Made by a program: the position numbers and the translations under genes
The notes under the pieces: generated by a model
The model's database searches: none
Seen by the model: only the letters and a program-made list of their open reading frames with translations
Told to the model about the DNA's origin: nothing
In this document: piece after piece, positions 59,808 to 64,000 of the stretch
Numbering within the stretch: the first letter of the stretch is position 1
Layout of the letters: each line of letters opens with the position of its first letter
NCBI GenBank assembly: GCA_044356295.1
Contig: JBIKWN010000003.1
Span: forward strand, 16,655 to 80,654
Direction of reading: 5' to 3'
Length of the DNA: 64,000 bases
DNA from: Bdellovibrionota bacterium
GTDB taxonomy: Bacteria > Bdellovibrionota_C > UBA2361 > JBIKWN01

Positions 59808-59831
59808 TTTTTTAAAAAAAGCTCCCAAATA

Positions 59832-59858
59832 TAAACATTCCACCTGAGTTGGCGATAA
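59832..59858 (+). promoter_or_regulatory. Sigma-28 (FliA)-type promoter TAAACATT-N11-GGCGATAA
   Basis: 6 of 8 and 7 of 8 matches to TAAAGTTT-N11-GCCGATAA with exact 11-nt spacing. Lies about 135 nt upstream of the 59994 ORF. Confidence 0.6.
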
Positions 59859-59993
59859 CTCATAGAAGACACAAGGACGTTGTCACAATTCGGTGCACGA
59901 TACGAGTGTCGATTTATACTAGGAAGTTTTCGAGAGTCCTTTCTGCGAATAGAGTCTTCTCTCTTAAATTTCTGATGACAGTGAGGTTGTACA

Positions 59994-60344
59994 ATGAGCG
60001 ATGCAGTAAATGGTGGCGGTAAACCCGTCCCCATTGCGCGACTATTCAGTGGCGCAAAAATTCAAGAAAAAAAAGAATCGGCAGATACGCCGCAAAAAGC
60101 AGTGGATTCTGTTGTTTCAGGTGTTGATAAAGCTCGGCAAAGTGTCGAGCGAATCACTGAAGCAGCAACGACGCGGATTGAAGTTATTCGACAGAATGAA
60201 TCTTCATCTCGAACAAAAGTTGCGGATGTTGATGAGGCGTTACGTTTATCGAAAAATTTACGTCTTAATATTCAAGAAAATGAGCAAAGAGCTAAAGAAG
60301 CTCATGATCTTGATCTTTCAAAAATTAAAGAACTACTTAAGTAA
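59994..60344 (+). CDS. Small acidic/hydrophilic protein, possible flagellar accessory (FlgM/FlaG-like, unverified)
   Basis: 116-aa ORF with GAGG 9 nt upstream of the ATG. Downstream of flagellin and of a sigma-28-type promoter. No signature confidently recognised. Confidence 0.5.
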   Translation: MSDAVNGGGKPVPIARLFSGAKIQEKKESADTPQKAVDSVVSGVDKARQSVERITEAATTRIEVIRQNESSSRTKVADVDEALRLSKNLRLNIQENEQRAKEAHDLDLSKIKELLK

Positions 60345-60366
60345 GTAATCTTACTTTAAGTAATTC

Positions 60367-60413
60367 AAAGTGTGTGGAAAAAGAATTATCTTGTTCCACA
60401 CACTTTTTTGTTT
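60367..60413 (+). terminator. Intrinsic terminator
   Basis: Perfect 13-bp stem AAAGTGTGTGGAA (60367-60379) / TTCCACACACTTT (60394-60406), 14-nt loop, then TTTTGTTT. Confidence 0.85.
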
Positions 60414-60535
60414 GAGTAATTTTATTTTCTGCTACCACAAAATTGGGTAGAAGGTTTTTTAAGGGAGTCGTTTCTACTACTTAATACTTCCTAAAAAAGG
60501 GAAACTTTCCCCTTCCAGATTGCGAACAGTTCATT

Positions 60536-60973
60536 ATGTCTTGCAATCTATATCAAAAGAAAAAAACGGCAGGATTCTCGATTCTTGAGGTTCTGATTTT
60601 GCTTTTTTTAACTGGGATTATCTTTTCGGTATCCTTCCCAGCCCTTGGTGCTGCTGTAAGAAAAACTGAAGCTCAAAAACAAGCTGATGCAATATCGGCT
60701 TGGCTATCAACACTTCATATGAAGTCCCTTAATATGCAAAAAGATCTCTCTGTGAGATTAAATAACAACGAACTCATCGCCAAAGATAAAAATGATAAAA
60801 CTATAGCAAGAAAAAAAATATCAGAAAAAACAACAGTACGGTTATCTTCATCTCAAATAAGATTTTTTGCCTCAGGTGTTCAATCACCAACAACAATTTA
60901 TCTTTCTCATCTCACGATAAGCTGCACCATTGTTCTAGCACTTCGTGGGAGAATCACTACTCAGTGCAAATAA
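60536..60973 (+). CDS. Prepilin-type (pseudo)pilin, GspH/FimT-like minor pilin
   Basis: 145-aa ORF. Canonical class III signal KKKTAG|FSILEVLILLFLTGIIF (Gly-1, Phe+1, Glu+5). Size and beta-rich C-terminus resemble GspH/FimT. Confidence 0.8.
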   Translation: MSCNLYQKKKTAGFSILEVLILLFLTGIIFSVSFPALGAAVRKTEAQKQADAISAWLSTLHMKSLNMQKDLSVRLNNNELIAKDKNDKTIARKKISEKTTVRLSSSQIRFFASGVQSPTTIYLSHLTISCTIVLALRGRITTQCK

Positions 60974-60974
60974 T

Positions 60975-61190
60975 ATGTTTGGATTAGATTTTATTTTTTT
61001 ACTGATAGGCTTTTCAAAATTCTCTACTGTTTTTATGAGTTTTGAAAACACACTCACAGTTTCGAATAAAATACTTAGTAATGTTTCAAATTACTCTGTA
61101 CCAAAAGACTGTGAATCAAAGGAGTTGTTAAGGGAACATGTTTTAATCTGTCAAGATTCAACAATATGGATTGTTGGGAAAAGCAGATGA
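60975..61190 (+). CDS. Small hydrophobic-N-terminus protein in the pseudopilin operon
   Basis: 71 aa from the ATG at 60975, 1 nt after the previous stop. MFGLDFIFLLIGF N-terminus has no Glu+5. Confidence 0.4.
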   Translation: MFGLDFIFLLIGFSKFSTVFMSFENTLTVSNKILSNVSNYSVPKDCESKELLREHVLICQDSTIWIVGKSR

Positions 61191-62053
61191 AAATTGATTT
61201 TCGAAAGAGAAGAAGCTCTGGAGCCTCGCTGATAGGTTTTATTATTTTTCTATCAATTTCATCAATGTTGATGTCGATACTGCTTTCAAAATTCCATGAA
61301 CAAATTTCTAGTTTTCAAAAAAGCATCTATAGATTTGATGAGTTAAGGGGATTTCTTCAAACATATACTCTTTTAACTGTGGATTTTAGAAATTTAAATT
61401 TCTCGCGTCTGTCAATCACTCCGCAACTAGGTTCAGGTCTTATTACGTATGCAGACGGTTCCCCACTTGCCTTATCAACCCCTTTAGCCGTTGGGTCAAA
61501 ATGGTGGATATTTTACAGGACATCAAAAATACCAGTTTTAAACGTGACTGGATCTAAATTTGAAAACAATCAAAACAGAATTGAAATCTGTAATCCATTC
61601 AGCAATAAGATTAACGCAGCACACAAAGATGCATTTGCCCTCTCTGATAGCGGTATACAAGAGGTAGGAATTAGGATTATCAATTCATATGTAAATAACG
61701 AAATGACACCTTGTGTCTCATTAGAGATTGAAAAATTAAAACAACTCTTTGCGTCTTCAAACGACAATTGGCAACTTGCATTTACTCAAGCCGTACAAAT
61801 TATTGATGAAAAGTTTTTATACATAACTGATGAAAAGAAACAGTTGAGAAGAATTCAGATTAGACAAAATGAGATAATTGAAAATCAGCCATGTATTAAA
61901 GCAGTACCAATTATGGAGTTAGCCTTGGGTCAAGATAATTCAAGATACACTTTAACTTGTGCATATTGCCCGTTACTATTGGTGAGAAGAAGACTTCAAC
62001 CATTATCAGATCCTATGTTAGTGGCTTCTCTACTTTCCATGAAGGACACATAA
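61187..62053 (+). CDS. Degenerate pseudopilin-like protein (Gly in place of Glu+5)
   Basis: 288 aa from the ATG at 61187 (ATGA overlap with the previous stop). N-terminus MKIDFRKRRSSG|ASLIGFIIFLSISSML resembles a prepilin signal but lacks Phe+1 and Glu+5. Confidence 0.55.
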   Translation: MKIDFRKRRSSGASLIGFIIFLSISSMLMSILLSKFHEQISSFQKSIYRFDELRGFLQTYTLLTVDFRNLNFSRLSITPQLGSGLITYADGSPLALSTPLAVGSKWWIFYRTSKIPVLNVTGSKFENNQNRIEICNPFSNKINAAHKDAFALSDSGIQEVGIRIINSYVNNEMTPCVSLEIEKLKQLFASSNDNWQLAFTQAVQIIDEKFLYITDEKKQLRRIQIRQNEIIENQPCIKAVPIMELALGQDNSRYTLTCAYCPLLLVRRRLQPLSDPMLVASLLSMKDT

Positions 62054-62055
62054 AA

Positions 62056-62742
62056 GTGCTGTCATCTATTATAACAATTTGGCTGTTATATTTTTCATCA
62101 ATTACTGAAAGATTTTTTTTAAATACACAGGCTTTTATTCAAATTGCATCATCGCTGCGAATAAGTGAACAAAGCTATAGTAATTCATTTTCGAATATTT
62201 TTTTAGCGCCTCAAAATTACTCTGAACAAAGCTTTCTGATTCGACCACAAGACCCGACGTTAGGTTTACTAGACTGGTCAGATATTTTTAGTACGTATCA
62301 AATATGTAATTACGATACTCTATTAGAAAACAGAGTGTCCCAAGGGATAGTCTCTCCAAAGACATGTAAATCTCTGGGGATAATTAAGGGGTCAAAAAGT
62401 TACGTAGGTAATGTAGAAGGAATTTTGCGAGTCGGGGAAATTGGACAATTGCCGCTTCAAGCATATTCTTATCTTATTTTTTCAGGTCGAATTACAGCTG
62501 TGAACATCGAGTTTAATAGCCCAACATTACTACTTTCACTTGGAAGAATTTCAGCTGAAAAAATCACTTGCAAGAATAATGTACCAATAAAAATTTTCTC
62601 TTTTGAGGATATTAACTATACAGAACTTCATGGTTGTAGTCGTATAGAGATAGTACCAAGGCTACAAGAACAACAAAGCGTCCTTAAGAAGCATTTCTCT
62701 TCACGGCGATACCTACTTTACGGTATACTCGCTAAGCCTTGA
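62056..62742 (+). CDS. Hypothetical protein with an N-terminal TM anchor (last gene of the pseudopilin-like set)
   Basis: GTG at 62056, 2 nt after the previous stop. N-terminus VLSSIITIWLLYFSSI. The ORF-track start at 61957 would overlap the upstream gene by 97 nt. Confidence 0.5.
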   Translation: MLSSIITIWLLYFSSITERFFLNTQAFIQIASSLRISEQSYSNSFSNIFLAPQNYSEQSFLIRPQDPTLGLLDWSDIFSTYQICNYDTLLENRVSQGIVSPKTCKSLGIIKGSKSYVGNVEGILRVGEIGQLPLQAYSYLIFSGRITAVNIEFNSPTLLLSLGRISAEKITCKNNVPIKIFSFEDINYTELHGCSRIEIVPRLQEQQSVLKKHFSSRRYLLYGILAKP

Positions 62743-63251
62743 AAATCGAAACGTTACACCACATCAATCCATATGCAGATGAACGTCCTGATGGTGTTTT
62801 AATTGACACGATTGTTATTCACTCAATGTTTGCTGAGGGCACACCTCACCCTATGGATGTCCTCTCGTGCCATCAAACTTTAATCAATCACCACGTTTCT
62901 GCCCATTACTATATCGACCAAAAAGGTGGTATTTTTTCATCAATTCCAGTTATTTTAAGGGCTTGGCATGCTGGAAATAGCACAATGCCCTTCCCCAATG
63001 ATATGCGCCAGGCAGTAAACGATTTCAGTGTTGGTATTGAGTTGATTTCCGATCTCAATCTAAGTTTTTCAAAAGAACAGTATGAATCGGTTATATTTTT
63101 GATACAAAATATTTCGAGTAAGCATCCAATTTCAGCTATAGTTGGACACGATCAGATTGCTCCGGGAAGAAAAACAGACCCGGGATTGAAATTTGATTGG
63201 AAAATCCTTCGAAAAGAGTTTAAAAAATATTCATTTGATCCAAACTGTTAA
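62739..63251 (+). CDS. ampD: N-acetylmuramoyl-L-alanine amidase, AmpD-like (amidase_2/PGRP fold)
   Basis: 170-aa ORF. IVIHS, SAHYYIDQKG, AWHAGNS, GIEL and GHDQIAPGRKTDPG (Zn ligands and catalytic residues). The TTG start overlaps the previous stop (TTGA). Confidence 0.88.
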   Translation: MKIETLHHINPYADERPDGVLIDTIVIHSMFAEGTPHPMDVLSCHQTLINHHVSAHYYIDQKGGIFSSIPVILRAWHAGNSTMPFPNDMRQAVNDFSVGIELISDLNLSFSKEQYESVIFLIQNISSKHPISAIVGHDQIAPGRKTDPGLKFDWKILRKEFKKYSFDPNC

Positions 63252-63256
63252 TCTTT

Positions 63257-63961
63257 ATGAAAAAAAATCTTTATCTTTGTTTCCTATTATCACTTATATC
63301 ATTAACAATAATTTCATCAGGTTGCGGTAGAAACAACAGAAATGGAAATAATGATCAAGAAACTAATATTCGATTTTTAAATGCTGTATCGAATGCCTCT
63401 TCGCTCGATTTCTTTTTAGATAATAAATTATATCTTCAAGATGTTGGATACTTAGAAAATACATCTTATTCAAAAGAAAGTACTCAATCCCAGAAATTAC
63501 AGGTTACTATTAGTGGGACAGCAACAAGGCTTGTTGATACTACATTAGGTTTTGGAGATCAGAGGGATAGTTCAATTATTATAAGTGGGACAAAAAATGA
63601 TTCATCATTAATTGTTACTCGTGATGACAACTCTCCTGCAAGTGATAATATAGCTAAAATCCGTTTCATTAACTTAGCATATTCTTACGATAAAGTTGAT
63701 ATTTATATTGTTGGTAAAGGTCAATCGATAGCCACTCTTGACCCTAGTTTTGAGAAAATCTCATATAAAAGAGTTTCTACGTATATTGTACTCGATGAAG
63801 GATCCTATACGGTGATACTGACAGAAGCTGGAAGTAAAGCAGTCGTTGCTCAATCAACATCCTCCGCTTTTAATGGAGCATCAGTGACCACTATAATTGC
63901 TGCTGATACAAAGGGTGGTATAAAGCCTGCAAAGCTTCTCTTGTTAACAGATAAAAAATAA
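63257..63961 (+). CDS. Lipoprotein with DUF4397-like repeats
   Basis: 234-aa ORF. Lipobox ISSGC. Two IRF(L/I)N...D(F/I)(F/Y) segments like the DUF4397 beta-sandwich repeats. Confidence 0.6.
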   Translation: MKKNLYLCFLLSLISLTIISSGCGRNNRNGNNDQETNIRFLNAVSNASSLDFFLDNKLYLQDVGYLENTSYSKESTQSQKLQVTISGTATRLVDTTLGFGDQRDSSIIISGTKNDSSLIVTRDDNSPASDNIAKIRFINLAYSYDKVDIYIVGKGQSIATLDPSFEKISYKRVSTYIVLDEGSYTVILTEAGSKAVVAQSTSSAFNGASVTTIIAADTKGGIKPAKLLLLTDKK

Positions 63962-64000
63962 TTTGTTCTTTTTATTTTATTCTTCATAACCTCTTATTAA

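Noticed and set aside
59796-59820. AT-only hairpin AAAAATTAA-TTAG-TTAATTTTT at the flagellin stop codon, considered as a terminator.
   Set aside because: The stem is purely A/T and has very low predicted stability. It is followed by A-rich rather than T-rich sequence. It might still contribute to 3' end formation, but I cannot support the call.
59804-60034. A 76-aa minus-strand ORF spanning the fliC-downstream spacer.
   Set aside because: It covers a region that contains a plus-strand sigma-28 promoter and leader. It has no SD and no recognisable features, and it overlaps the starts and stops of both flanking plus-strand genes.
60010-60348. A 112-aa ORF in the +2 frame (16 nt downstream), co-extensive with the 59994-60344 ORF.
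   Set aside because: Its product is extremely basic and low-complexity (KKKKNRQIRRKK...). There is no SD before its ATG, whereas the 59994 ATG has GAGG at the right distance. It is probably a by-product of purine-rich coding sequence. I mention it in a finding only as something for Ribo-seq to settle.

Overview
This is a low-GC chromosomal window from a Gram-negative bacterium. It is densely coded and mostly housekeeping. The gene content (Kdo/Lpt envelope genes, type IV pilus retraction ATPases, a short flagellin, sigma-54, many TPR and lipoprotein genes) and the AT-rich codon usage suggest a Bdellovibrionota/Oligoflexia-type organism, but that is inference only.

Recognisable blocks, in order:
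- pilU-pilT, divergent from mfd.
- Two hybrid sensor kinases plus a single-domain receiver.
- A SurA-like chaperone and a phosphomannomutase.
- A long minus-strand envelope cluster: pcnB, a membrane protein, kdsB, pyrG, kdsA, lptC, lptA, a HAD phosphatase and lptB.
- rpoN-hpf-rapZ, then metK behind a long structured leader.
- sufBCD divergent from an Rrf2 regulator, and a separate sufE-rhodanese pair.
- anmK, trmB and pdxST.
- An lpxL-type acyltransferase, a secreted SNase, a P1B-type ATPase, TraB and kdsD.
- A short flagellin, then a divergent pseudopilin-like operon that runs into ampD.

I saw no rRNA, tRNA, CRISPR array, transposase or integrase.

The accessory-looking stretches are:
- Three unknown genes next to rpoN (22.3-24.0 kb).
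- A coiled-coil protein plus a Cys-rich secreted protein (37.5-39.6 kb).
- A small ORF, a terminator and an ABC exporter (43.2-45.9 kb).
- An islet between pdxT and lpxL holding an orphan HerA/FtsK-clade ATPase, an unknown gene, parDE and a truncated second parD (49.9-53.1 kb).
- The flagellin and pseudopilin region (59-63 kb).

Non-coding oddities:
- A GC-rich compound hairpin containing three tandem 9-mers.
- A hexamer-periodic NTGANC array present at two Kdo/LPS loci.
- A poly-C8 tract upstream of lptB.
- Sigma-28-type promoters, one of which implies a leaderless flagellin mRNA.
- A sigma-54-like -24/-12 element in front of rpoN itself.

All functional calls come from motif recognition by eye. 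No database search was run.
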